From Podarcis tiliguerta (lineage: Eukaryota), in assembly GCA_965153285.1 (NCBI GenBank), contig OZ229112.1: DNA of 64,000 nt. One strand, given 5' to 3'. Within the stretch, counting starts at the first letter, position 1. Each line of letters begins with the position of its first letter. A model generated the notes under the pieces. It was not told the origin of the DNA. It ran no database searches and was given only the letters and a program-made list of their open reading frames with translations. Positions 37,946 through 50,158 of the stretch are shown one piece after another. Position numbers and translations under genes: made by a program.

Positions 37946-38083
37946 CTGACTTGTCTGTGATATTCGGCGTGGCCTGTTATAAAGAGCCATAGTATCTCCT
38001 TCCCTCGTTCTCTCAACCCGCCATCCCCAAGCAAGCATGGTTTTCAAGGACTCCTTGATTGGCCATCTGTAAATTTCTTTCTC
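37946..38083 (-). CDS. RYR2: RYR2 exon ~56 (138 nt; S2808-equivalent site)
   Basis: EKEIYRWPIKESLKTMLAWGWRVERTREGDTMALYNRPRRISQTSQ; AG/GT. Confidence 0.95.
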
Positions 38084-38734
38084 CTAGGGAAAACAAATAG
38101 ATGGTTATGTTTTTAGTTATCAAGTAGCTGAGAGGACAGTACACTCTCTTATAACACTGTTTGTTATGTTATATTTTAATTATTACATAATTTAATAGTA
38201 ATCTAATACTTGCCTAGGTTATCTCCCAGACCTCTAGCTAACTCTGGTATAGCATAAAAATGTGAGAATAACCAGCATACTACCCAGCATGTCCACATTG
38301 GAATGCAGAAATATAGCTTGATTCTACAAATATTCATTTTAAAACAAGTTTCACTGCAGTCAAAGTAACAAACTTTTCACACACAAAAATGGAATCAGAA
38401 GTGGGATGCAAGGATGAATTGCAATATCACTGTATGATGTAGAGATGATGAAGTTACATTACCAGTCATCTCAGATTATCTCAACAGGTGTACACAAGAC
38501 AAGACAAGGGAAGTCTTGGACAAAACAAGAAAAATGATAAGCCCATCACTTAAACTCAATATGTCAACGTAGGCCAAAGAGAGAGAAGCAAATTATTTGT
38601 TAAAAGGTGCAGCTCATGTAAAGGTTTGATGAAAAGATTCATAAAGAGGGTAGCCCTGACATGAGGTGAAAAACTGAGGAATCTAATTCTATGTGTTTAG
38701 AATTCATAGATAAGCCATTCTATTTTTAGGGAGG

Positions 38735-39075
38735 CCACCAAGGAACAAGACACATACTGGATGTCATGGAGTGTGGTATCAGCCAGAAATGTAGCTGCCC
38801 TGGAAATTTTAAGTAACATTCTTGTTACACAGTCTAGGTCCTGATAGGAATTCTCTAGATCATCCAGCCATATGAGGGATGCCCTGGTAAACACTGAGGA
38901 TGGACACAAGTGTTGAGTAGCAAGGACAGCTGCCTCATGCGCTCTGCATAAGGCGAAGTCCAGTCACCATTCTGAAGAGTCCTTAAACTGTGCATACCCA
39001 TTTTTAGGAAGAAGGAATTTAGCAATGAGGGTGACACATGATTATCCATGGCTGGGTTTTTCAGCATATTCATAA
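38735..39075 (-). mobile_element. Probable degenerate DIRS gag-like (ORF1) fragment
   Basis: LPKNGYAQFKDSSE..LDFALCRAHEA..SSVFTRASLIWLDDL..KISRAATFLADTTLHDIQY resembles vertebrate DIRS gag; recognised by eye only. Confidence 0.5.
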
Positions 39076-39365
39076 ACTGTTGGTCAAGGTTATAAAACCT
39101 ATTGGCTATGATGACTTTTTTATATTGTAATGAAGTGCCCTACTCTCTTTCCTCTCTCACAAGTCCTGCCTCAGACCAGACGAGAAACTTCAGACTGGTG
39201 GAACATGCTCAATTTGCACAAAAATATCATTAATTCCGTCTTCCTAACTTAGAATGTGTTCTAATATATGAGAGGAGTTCTATTGTTTTATATATCACTA
39301 AAGTTAATTTTAATAATAAAATGAAAAGATCACCACAAACAAAACATTTGACATGAACTTCTTAC

Positions 39366-39455
39366 CTTTTCGGCTAACAGTTTATATTGTTTCATTAATG
39401 GCTGCACTTTGGAAGATTCTGAGTATGTTTCACCATATATCCACCCATTTGCAAA
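39366..39455 (-). CDS. RYR2: RYR2 exon ~55 (90 nt)
   Basis: FANGWIYGETYSESSKVQPLMKQYKLLAEK; AG/GT. Confidence 0.94.
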
Positions 39456-39670
39456 CTGATAAAAATAAAAAGCGGGAGGGGATAAGCTGAACAGGAATCT
39501 TGATGTCATTTATGTTTTGGATGGTGTTTTTGCATGCTATCATTATGCTACACCCACTTGTCCAAGAGAGCTAGACTCACCAGCATATTTTTGCCTTGGT
39601 TATTTTGAACTTAAAATGACTTAACAGCTGTAATAACAATATCCTATATTCTAATTAGTCATGCAATAAC

Positions 39671-39720
39671 TAAGAACTTCTTATCATATATATGATTATT
39701 AAGAACTTCTTATCATATAT
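39671..39720. repeat. Short tandem duplication (21-bp unit, 29-bp period)
   Basis: TAAGAACTTCTTATCATATAT at 39671 and 39700. Confidence 0.85.
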
Positions 39721-41089
39721 ACTAATAGTGAACTCATTCTCATAATACTAATGTAGCCAAAACAGCTACATTATCCATGCACAAGCTAAGAGGAACCCAA
39801 AGGTTTGCAAAACTTTTTTTTAAAAGATGGGGGAAGAAAATCATCTCCTCCCCAACAACAACAAAAACAGCCCATTGACTGAGCACACTTAGAGGGCATG
39901 GAATGCTGACTAAGTGTTAGGGAATGGAAACAGAAATGTGGCTGAGGAGGTGGAACAGAGTGGAGCACTCCAGTGCACCATTGTGCTGCAGGTCCCATCT
40001 ATGGAGAGAATTTTCTGAAAATCTCGGTGTCAAACTTATCTTTGTTGCTTGTTTTTCATTTCTGTCTGTCTCGCTCCTTGGTTTCAACAAGAAGCAAGGT
40101 TTTTTAATTGGTTGCCCTAAATATGTGAATAATTCTCGCATATAATATGCAGTATTATATGAATAATATTATATGTATATACTCTCCAGGTTTCCTAAAG
40201 TAACAGATGCATACAACAATGAATATAATTGTTTAAAAATACTCATGTATTAATACCGATAAATTTATGTTGCAGAAATATAATACTGAATGACACTTGA
40301 GTCTTTTATATGTATAATATACAATTTTTGCATATAATTTTGCATATAATTAGTTGGCTCAGATATAATGGGAGACTTGATATAATGGGGGGAAAGCTCA
40401 ATTGAGGCAGAACTACCAAATTCTGGGAATAAATCCATTTAAAGTGGATTATTCCAGCTTCCCTAGTCCCAACTATAGTAGATATAGACTTAAATCAAGT
40501 GCATTTTAAAACAAATAGTAACTAAAAGCTTGCATGTGTATGTTGTGGTCATGAAACTTATATTTTTACCACACAAGAGGTGCTCTTCAAAGAGAACAAT
40601 TTTTTTTAAAGGAACATATATTAAATAGTGCATGCATGATGCAGAAGCATTGTAAATATACCTGGGATCCATCCACCCCACGGCACTAATATGCACCGTT
40701 GGTAAAATTGGATCAGATACTTATTATTTCTATTTTTCTAGATCTACAATGTCATTTTCCAGATAGAAGGCAACCATGCAAACGCAACCATCCAAATATC
40801 TGATAACAAACATAAACATCCTTACTAAAAGCAAAAAGCAAAGAAAAAGTGTTAACTAATTAGATTAGTATAAATGTAAAAACAGGGACTACTCATTTAC
40901 TGAAACTCAGAAGATAAATGCATTTAAAGAAAACTTTTTGATTAAAGAAAGAAGACTGTTCTACTCATGCAACATAAACAAGATTCCATGATGGATACTA
41001 AAAATGGAAAATGTGTTTCAGACTATTATCCAGACAGATTTCTAATACTTTAAATATGCTTTGGGGGGAAAAGTTGCTAAACATTTTAC

Positions 41090-41168
41090 CTTTTCCATGC
41101 ACCATTTATCATGGGAATGTTCTGCATATTTGTTAATAAAGTAGTCTAGCTTTTCAGGAATTGTAATG
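41090..41168 (-). CDS. RYR2: RYR2 exon ~54 (79 nt)
   Basis: ITIPEKLDYFINKYAEHSHDKWCMEK; AG/GT. Confidence 0.94.
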
Positions 41169-41509
41169 CTAGATAAGAAAATACAAGACCAGGATTAATA
41201 ATATATATAATAAATTGTGCATTCCTTTTAATCCTTCTTTCATAAAAAACAGTTGATCATAACATACTTAGAGCCCTAAAAGAGCTTGAGACCAGCAAAT
41301 ACCTAGCAGCCCACCCCCCAATATAGACCAAGTTAAGCTTCGATATGTTCCAAGGAAACCCTGCTGATCATTACAAAACAAGCCAAATGTTGTTTGGTAG
41401 TAACATGTAACTGGACCTCCTCTGTGATGACCCCCTTTGGAATAATTCCCTGAAGTGGTCCAAGAAGTGGTTACAGTAATCAGCTTTAAGTGCCTCTTCA
41501 ATATACAAT

Positions 41510-41872
41510 ACTTGTCTCCCCAGCTTTCCCACAAGGCAGCAAAGGTTTAGGATCAGAGTTTTCCTTCTCCTTGATTGGCTACCTTCCCAGGTTGACAAGC
41601 ATCATCTGCCCCTCACTTCCCTCTATAGCCTGTGCAGAAACTGCCTTCTTGAGCGTCAGACCCACTATTGGTCTCATCTGCTCAATCTGCCAGAGCCAGG
41701 GGAAGTCTCTAGCTCACTGAGGATTAGAGACCCATCAGCTACCTTCACCTTGTTTAGCCAGCCAGTTGAAGTTGTTTCCTGGGATGTGGCTGCTGTTGCA
41801 TGCGGACAGCTTCTAGGAACTGCAGGCGAGAGCTGAGTGCGTGTTGGACAAAATACACCAGAAGTGGCACAA
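41510..41872 (-). mobile_element. Probable RTE-clade LINE 5' UTR-like fragment
   Basis: Minus strand contains ctgggaaggtagccaatcaaggagaaggaaaactctgatcctaaacc, a motif I associate with RTE 5' regions; GC-richer than the flanks. Confidence 0.4.
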
Positions 41873-41891
41873 CAGTATAATAAATCCTTAC

Positions 41892-42055
41892 TTTGAAGTA
41901 TCAACAGGTTGTGGATTAAAGTTCCCATCTGAATCCATGGACGCTTGCTTTTCCATCACACCCACATAGTTTGATTCCATGTAATCAGGAGGCAAAGCCC
42001 CAGCCACTGCACTCAGGCATGGCAAGGCCAGTTTGAATAGTTCCTGTTCATATTT
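41892..42055 (-). CDS. RYR2: RYR2 exon ~53 (164 nt)
   Basis: KYEQELFKLALPCLSAVAGALPPDY...FNPQPVDTS; AG/GT. Confidence 0.95.
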
Positions 42056-42996
42056 CTGGGAAGACAAAGTAGAATACAAAAGACCTAGCAATGAATTGAG
42101 ACAGCCTCTATTTTTGCTGGAAAATTAGCAATGTTTTAGTATCTGAGCTAGCATCCCTTGTACTTTGATCTACCATGGCGTGTACATTCAGGATCTTCTC
42201 TAGGCAAATAGCACTGGAGGGAGGGGTTACATTTCTCCTCCATATCTATGGTGATCCTGATTATTATTACCCCACCCCACAGGGCCCCACAGTCGAATTT
42301 TTCAAAACATGACATTAAATACAAAGATGAGTCCTTAGGTGGTTCCAGGGCACCACCATTCACTTAAAAAAAGAGGAGGTAGTGCGAAATCTTTTTCTGA
42401 AACCAGCTTTCTGCCATCTTCTCTATTTTATCCCATTTATTTACTTTATTTATTTGCATTCTACAGAGCTCCAAAACTGAAGGATAACAAGTAGTATATA
42501 TTGGTGACCCATGGTAATTATAATGGCCTTATCAAAAGGAGTGGAATCATGAAGCAGCCACCATGTAAAGTGTCCTCACAATTTGGCAGGACTGCAGACA
42601 TGGCCTCCAATGTGGTATGAGGAGCTATGGCCAGAATTATCAGAGGAAATAAAACCTGGCATGCATGTGCAAGCACTTGTTTATACACAAAGGAGTCACA
42701 TTTTGTATGTAATGCACAATTATTATTGCATATTTGGAAATTACTCATTTTCAAAGAATACTGTCTTCACATTACGTTAAAAGCCAGGGACCCTGGTACA
42801 ATAATTTAGTTGCATTCATGGCTATAAATTGTCATTTTTATAGACTTATTTTATTAAGCAATCAAACTTTGCTGGGGAAACTATGAAGAACATTTAATAA
42901 AGGGTTTGCAGGAATATCCATTTCTCAAAAAAGACATTAGAAAAATTAGAGTACATTATTTTTTCAACATGCTTAAAACATAAACTTAAAAGTTAC

Positions 42997-43137
42997 CTTT
43001 TGAGATAAGGCATCAAAAATACCCCAGAACAACTTCCTGGACAAATGAAGTTCTTCTTCTGAAGCAGCACCAAAGTTGCCCCATCCTCCTGGTAAACAGT
43101 AATACTTCCAACATCTTTCATAATGATTTGTCAGCAA
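42997..43137 (-). CDS. RYR2: RYR2 exon ~52 (141 nt)
   Basis: [47 protein letters not shown]; AAG acceptor, GT donor. Confidence 0.95.
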
Positions 43138-43434
43138 CTTGGGAGGGGAAAAAATAACTCAGTTTCAGAGAATCCACTATAAACTTTGTAGAGCAGTTAG
43201 GTATGATCACTTTCAGGTACTGAGACATAGACCTCCAGGTATAGGGCAATATAATAATGATGATGATGATGATGATGTGATCTGTTTTGAAGAGTGTGCT
43301 GGATGTAAATGACTGTGACGAAATGTTTTTGCTTCACAGTGTAGTCAAAATGCTGTTATCAGATCTAGATTCTGAAGGATGATGGTAAGTGGCAGTTGTA
43401 TATTCTGAAAGGGAAGATTAAAGACCACACTCAC

Positions 43435-43525
43435 CTTAAGAGGCATCTTTGCATGCTCATTTAGCAGTGGAATATCAAACACTAATCTTCTCAACAAATG
43501 TTGCATCATTGAAGGCCTCAGCTGA
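43435..43525 (-). CDS. RYR2: RYR2 exon ~51 (91 nt)
   Basis: [30 protein letters not shown]; AG/GT. Confidence 0.95.
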
Positions 43526-43829
43526 CTGCAAGTAGAAAGAAAAAAGTGAGTGGAAAATGTGTTCTACTGTTGGAGGATAGCAAGCAACCTACTTTGCAGA
43601 CCTTATCCAAACAGTGTAGAGTTTATTCTGCATGTCTATTTATACTTTGTTGTATTTCTTTGGATTCTCTTATGACTTATGAGAATAATTTTAAGAAACC
43701 CATAAACTTGTATTCATCCATTCCAATCCAACCCTATGAATATTCACAGTTCAATGGAATTTATTCCCAAAGAGGTGTGATGTCCTGTTGCTATTTCAAA
43801 GCATCCTGAGTACATTCAAAGCATCTTTA

Positions 43830-43905
43830 ATGTATTTTAATCTTTGCTGGAAGCTGCCCAGAGTGGCTGGGGAAACCCAGCCAGATGGGCGGCATGCAGA
43901 TAATA

Positions 43906-43953
<48 letters not shown>
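43830..43953 (+). mobile_element. L2 3' terminal fragment with (ATT)n tail
   Basis: ggaagctgcccagagtggctggggaaacccagccagatgggcgg followed by ~15 ATT units. Confidence 0.7.
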
Positions 43954-44139
43954 CTTGAGTCCATTATCAGGGAGGTGACATATTGGGATTATAATATACA
44001 ATATATTGGGCGGCTCCCAACAGAATACTAAAAACACGATAAAATATCAAACATTAAAAACATTTATCACCAATGTTATTAAGAGACACTTTCGCTCTAG
44101 AAACTAATTTTCCTATAAATCCCAGAAGTATACGCTTAC

Positions 44140-44360
44140 CCACATATGGAGAGTAGGCACTCTTCAATAGAGTCCCGTTGAGCTTTGGTAAGAGAGCAGC
44201 CCTTGGAAAGTCGGTACACAGTATGTAGCAAGGAATCTATAAGGGAAGCATGGTGTTCTGTGCCAGCAAAAAGAGGAGCACATCTAGTTAATAAAGGCAA
44301 AACAGCAGTGCAGAGGTACCGATTGAGAGCCAGGGCCATATCTGTAGCACTCAGAGCAAC
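44140..44360 (-). CDS. RYR2: RYR2 exon ~50 (221 nt)
   Basis: [31 protein letters not shown]...CLLSICG; AG/GT. Confidence 0.95.
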
Positions 44361-45226
44361 CTATAAAATAAATTGTAAAGCTATTAAGGTAGGTAAGTTT
44401 TGTTCTATACAAAATGGTTACATAGTAACATGATGACAATCTATTAGGTTTGCTTTCAAGGAAGGCAAGATGGATTTTTATAGGAATAAAAGGACATTAT
44501 GAGTGTGCTATACTTGTTTTGTTTTCCTCTGCCATTTGTTTTCAATATTTAAAAAACTCATATATTTGCTAAAATCACATAACATGTTCATTATTTCATA
44601 TTTCATTTCCCATTGTTTTAATTGGAAGATTCAGCTGTCTGTAATCACAAAATATAAAACAATAAAAATAAGAACAGTCAATATAATTAATTTACAAAAT
44701 GCCTGTGTAATGTAATGTAATGTAATGTAATCACGAACTCCTCAGATGGTGTGAACTGCTGAGAGTGCCATACAATGATGTTTACACACCTACTAAATAC
44801 ATTTTTGTTTAGGCACTTCTGAGGTGTAACCCAGTCATTTATGGAAGATTAATTTTATATTTTATGAAACATTTTGCTGTTTTAAAGTCTGATTTTTTTA
44901 TATAAAAAAACTTTTATTGTTCACAGATTTTGTGTTTCTGCAGTTTATTATTTTTTTTTACTTTACACTGCTTCAATGGCTTTGTGCTCTGAATTTATCT
45001 AAACATTTGTTTATTATTAGTAGATAATAATATCTTACATGAAAAATTGAATTTGTCTAAAGTTATACAATACATCCATGGAATTTGAAGTCAAGTCTCC
45101 CAACTTTCAATACTCAATTCTAGAGTATTGCAAAAACTTTCCTTATCATTTTCGAGAAGTCAGAATACATGCATGGTATAGATCTAAATCAAAGAGAGAA
45201 CCTAGTAATCAAAAGTTAATTGTTAC

Positions 45227-45396
45227 CGTATCTAATGAAGCAGCAGCACGAAGATCTGGCAGAAAGCCAACTTCAAGAAGGTGTAGAAGAAAATCCTGGT
45301 CTTCAATCCCATAGACCCTGTCAAGGAACAATACCATGGCTGCCTTGTGGTCTGGGCAAAACCCCTCTGACATATCAGGTTCCACTGCAGTACCAT
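45227..45396 (-). CDS. RYR2: RYR2 exon ~49 (170 nt)
   Basis: [30 protein letters not shown]...LRAAASLDT; AG/GT. Confidence 0.95.
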
Positions 45397-46131
45397 CTGG
45401 GGAAAAAAATCAATTACACAGATTTCTGGTACTGATACAAGCAAATTGTACCTGCAACAAAATGTTGCAGCATAGAGTGCTTCTGTTCAGGATTTCGGGC
45501 AATCCAATTCATTCCTCCTCCCCTCTAGTTTTCCCCTCTGACATTAGTCAGCCAACAGTCCATGTCCACTGAGCATGTTCAGTCCTCAAATGGCTTGTTT
45601 CCCCTGAAAGTTTTTCTGTATCAGCAAACCTGGGATTCTCCCAAGACTTATGGCATCATACCTCCCTCTTGAGCATTGATGGTACCAACTTGCCTACATA
45701 AGGACCGGCTCTCAGAGAACTGAGATCACTATTAGGATATATGATTGCATAACTACTTCCTGCCAAGAGGAATGAGTGTATGAACATCCTCTAGACATCC
45801 TCTAGATGGCTTACCCATTTTCTTGACTGAATAAAGGGAATTTGGCAGATAAAACCTAAATCATTCCAATCACAAGCACTATGGCATCCTTGTTATTGCA
45901 AATATTGATACTGAACATCTAGTTATTGGTTTACTATCTTCGAATCATTATTTAATAATCACATACTCCTGCAATTCTACAACTGAGAGGCTCATGCCAA
46001 GGAAAGTCAGGGTGAATTTCTGTTTCATTTCCATTTTAATTTTCATACGTATTTGAGAAAAAGGTATTGTAAATCAGTCAGGCTTTTTATGTTAGAACAT
46101 ATCAGAAATAAAAATGGAACACTTTTCTTAC

Positions 46132-46252
46132 CTTTTGCTATTGTTGGCATGTGGAAAGGAATACTAATCACACCCACCAAATCTTCCAAAGGAATCAAAG
46201 ACCGCAGAATGGATCGTATTCTAATCGCTTCCCCTTTGCCAGCATGGATTAG
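46132..46252 (-). CDS. RYR2: RYR2 exon ~48 (121 nt)
   Basis: [40 protein letters not shown]; AG/GT. Confidence 0.95.
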
Positions 46253-46763
46253 CTAACGAAGGAGTAATGCAAACATTTGTTTATATGATTGATATCATAA
46301 TATGTACACATATTATTCATAAGCAAGAGAGTAACAGTAATGATTTCAAACAATGATTTAAAAATCTAGAATACTGGGGGGCTACAGCAAAGCTTAACAT
46401 ACAGGTATTCATGAGAAGCTAGAGTTATAGTGCACAGTATATTGACACTAGGTTGGAAAGTTGTAGTGCTTGTGTTAAGTATGTTTGGAAAGCTTCACTC
46501 ACTTAGAATTGAAGAGGTAACGGTGTCAATGGTTGCATTTCCCGGTATGCTAAAGTGCTGTTATGCTTTAAAAGTCTGAATGGATAAAGCCAAAACTCAT
46601 ACTTAAGTTTCTCAAGAGTATACCACCAACAGCAGCAGCAACTTACAACTTGATACCCATTCAGAAACAGCAGTACTATTAAACCTGTGCTCTGATTTTA
46701 ACCCTTTAGCAGCAAGTAGATGTTAAACAAGGATGATAAACACTAGTAAACAACAGAACCTAC

Positions 46764-46869
46764 ATGCATTTCTGGAGCACAGCGTCCTAGGAGATCAATC
46801 AAAGCAGCATAAAAGGTCATGATGGCATTTCCCATGTGAATGGTATCGTCTTCTTCTTCCACCTCACTT
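46764..46869 (-). CDS. RYR2: RYR2 exon ~47 (106 nt)
   Basis: [35 protein letters not shown]; AG/GT. Confidence 0.95.
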
Positions 46870-47875
46870 CTGTTTAATTTGTTTTCCCAACAGGAAGGAA
46901 AATAGAGGGTCAGCAAGGAATTTGTTATGGAAGCTTAACTTTGTTACAAAATCAAGACTAGGTTTTATCCCTGGTGTATCTAATAATAATTGCCTCAGAC
47001 TGACTCTGGAGTCCAGTTATATAGACTTCTAACATTGCTCCACAAGAAAATGTAGCTTGAGGTATCTCTTTTACATTTATGTAATGAGCCATCCACATGT
47101 AGTCACTGCAAGCCCTATGCTAATTCAGTGAAGATTACCTTCATGGGGCACTGTGAATCAAACCACAAAGGGAACAATGCCAGGCTGCTGAAGGCAGGTA
47201 AGATGTTACCTCAAGTGGTGGCAAAGGGTGTGTGTGTTTTTCTGTCTCTAAAAAGAGGTGTGGGGCTTGGCCATCTCCTCTTCAAAGGTAAGCCAATCCC
47301 CCAAAGTTCTTAGAATTTGCCCTCCCTCTGCTCATTACAGACTTTTTCATGAGAGATGGTCTCATGAAAGGTGTGTGGAGAGGAGTTATTTGGCCCAGCC
47401 TTAAACCCTTCCTCCTACACCTGCAATAAAAGGACTTACACCATCTGATATTTAAGAACTATGGAAAGACGACTGCTCTGCCCCAAAATGAATTATACAG
47501 TATTTATTTTCCAAAGCATCTTAGTAATACATTGATATACTCCATTGTTAATAAGTTATGCAAAGTCAGTGAATTATGGTACTGATTCAGGAGTAATAGA
47601 AGCTGTCAAATTCAAGGCAAATATCTGCCTATTTGTGGTATAATAAAATACTACTATTCTGATTTACAACAAAAAGAAAATGTACTATTATTACGAATAC
47701 TCCCAAAAGTTTCAAATGTTGAATTCTTGGGGACTATTGCATTTAGAAACCTGTTAGGTTTGGCAGCTGACAAAGTATTTGCACATTATGAATAAAGCCT
47801 TATTTTAGAAAACTGAATTCTGTAAGACCTATTACAAAATAGGTCTGGGGAAGTTAACCCCTTCTTTACTACCTA

Positions 47876-48094
<219 letters not shown>

Positions 48095-49030
48095 TCACAA
48101 TCCAGGGCTTACATGGGGGTGGGAACAAGCCTAGATGAACTGGTACCAGCACCATGTTGCTGTGCCAGATGAAGCAGAAATTTTATTCATTACACGATCC
48201 AGCTGTAATGACAGCCTCCTAAGAGTGACGGGAGAAACCCACGTCTAAGTAAGCTGAGAAGGTGACTATTATATTCTGGCTGCAAGCAGGGCAATCCCAC
48301 TATATCCAGATCAGGAAACATTGGAATGCCTAGCCAAATCAACCTTTACAAGCCATTTAGAGGACTTTCAGATTTCTGACATATTGTTGGGAAGTAGAAA
48401 AGTGAAAGAAACACGGACAAAAAGTAAGGGGCTGGGGTGAAAAAGACTTGGGGGAAGGGAGTTGAAATGGGCACTTGGAGTGTGCATATAGATGAATTTT
48501 AACACTCATCCAGTGTTACCAAATGCTTATTTAAGTTCACTCTTTTGTTGCTTCAACCTCTTTGCTACAACAGTACTTTCATCATATTCTTAGCCACCCT
48601 GGTTCAAGGTAAAGAACAGTCATCTTGAAATCATTGCAATCTAGAGCCTGCATATTCAGATTTGTAAAGGCTAATGTTTTATCAATGATTGCAATATTCT
48701 GCAAAAGCTTGCTCTACAACACTTGCACATACAACACACTACTTACAAATCAGCAAAGAACAAAAGGAGAATAATTAGAAAATTGATGTCACAGTTACAC
48801 AGGCACATAGCAAAACAGAAAGCAATATAACTGTTCCCATATTTAAAAAATAGAATACAAAATAACGTTTCCCAATTTTAGCCCTTCAAAACAAATGAGA
48901 AAGGCTGGTGACATAAAACACAAGAGGAGCACCACTTAATTTGGTGCATTAGTAGCAGTGATAGTCAAAGGTTTATATAATTATTTCGGAACAACAATAG
49001 TGGTACAAAAATAATAGGCTCCTACAGTAC

Positions 49031-49166
49031 CATTGCAAAAAACAGCAAAACGAAGAAAATCCAAGTATCGTTCTCCTTCCACTGGGTTCCATCCAATATC
49101 TGGGTAACCTTTAGAAATCAGCAATGAGCAGCTTTGCAAACCACATCCAGCCAAGTAGCGGACTAC
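49031..49166 (-). CDS. RYR2: RYR2 exon ~45 (136 nt)
   Basis: [13 protein letters not shown]...[26 protein letters not shown]; AG/GT. Confidence 0.95.
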
Positions 49167-49299
49167 CTAAGAACAAGGCAAAATTAAACAAAAGAGGCAT
49201 TTACTGCAAAAAAAGAAGAAAAAGCTCAAGCCAGTATTCTAATAGGAAGTCCTCTTTTACTCCCTTTTCAATAGACTGGCTATTGCAGCAGCAGAAACC

Positions 49300-50070
49300 C
49301 AAAGAAAAACTAATGCTATTCTAGGCTGCATCAACAAGAAGTATAGTGTCCAAATGAAGGGAAGTTGCCATCCTGCTCTCTTCTGCCTTGGTCAGACCAC
49401 ACCTGTAATACTGTGTCCAGTTCTGGGTTCCACAATTTAAGAAGGATATTGACAAGCTGAAATGTGTGCAGTGGAGGGCAACCAAGATGATAAAGGCTCT
49501 AGAAACCAAGCATTATGAGGAACGGTTGAGGAGACTGAGAAGAGATTTGATAGCCATCTTCAAACACCGTATCTCAAGGAAAGGTGGAGCAAGCTTGTTT
49601 TCTCCTGCTATGGAAGGTAGGACCCAAACCCATGGAGTCAAGTTACAAGAAAGGAGAATCTGATGAAACATCAGGAAAAACATTCTGACAGAGCTGTTTG
49701 ACAGTGAAACAAACTTGCTCAGGAGGTTATGGGCATTCCTTCATTGGAGGTTTTTAAGCAGATGGCCATCTGTCATGGATACTTCTATTGAGATTCCTGC
49801 ATTGTTCTGCCCGGACACTGAGGTTCAGTGCCGAGGGCCTTCTGGCGGTTCCCTCGCTACGAGAAGCCAAGTTACAGGGAACCAGGCAGAGGGCCTTCTC
49901 AGTAGTGGCACCCACCCTGTGGAACGCCCTCCCACCAGATGTCAAAAAGAAAAATAACTACCAAACTTTTAGAAGACATCTGAAGGCAGCCCTGTTTAGC
50001 GAAGCTTTTAATGTTTAATAGGTTATTGTGTTTTAGTGTTTTAGTGTTTTGTTGAATTATTTCATTGGAA

Positions 50071-50101
<31 letters not shown>

Positions 50102-50158
50102 GCAGGGGGTTGGACTACATGACCCTCAAGGTCTCTTCCAACTCTACAATTCTATGAT
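49300..50158 (+). mobile_element. Older CR1 3' fragment interrupted by an L2 insertion
   Basis: Degenerate KANAILGCI.../HL*YCVQFW; CR1 tail resumes at ~50101 (gcagggggttggactac...attctatga). Confidence 0.8.
49805..50100 (+). mobile_element. L2 3' fragment nested within the CR1
   Basis: TRQRAFSVVAPTLWNALP...FRRHLKAALF; (ATT)n tail; ATTG at both junctions. Confidence 0.75.
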
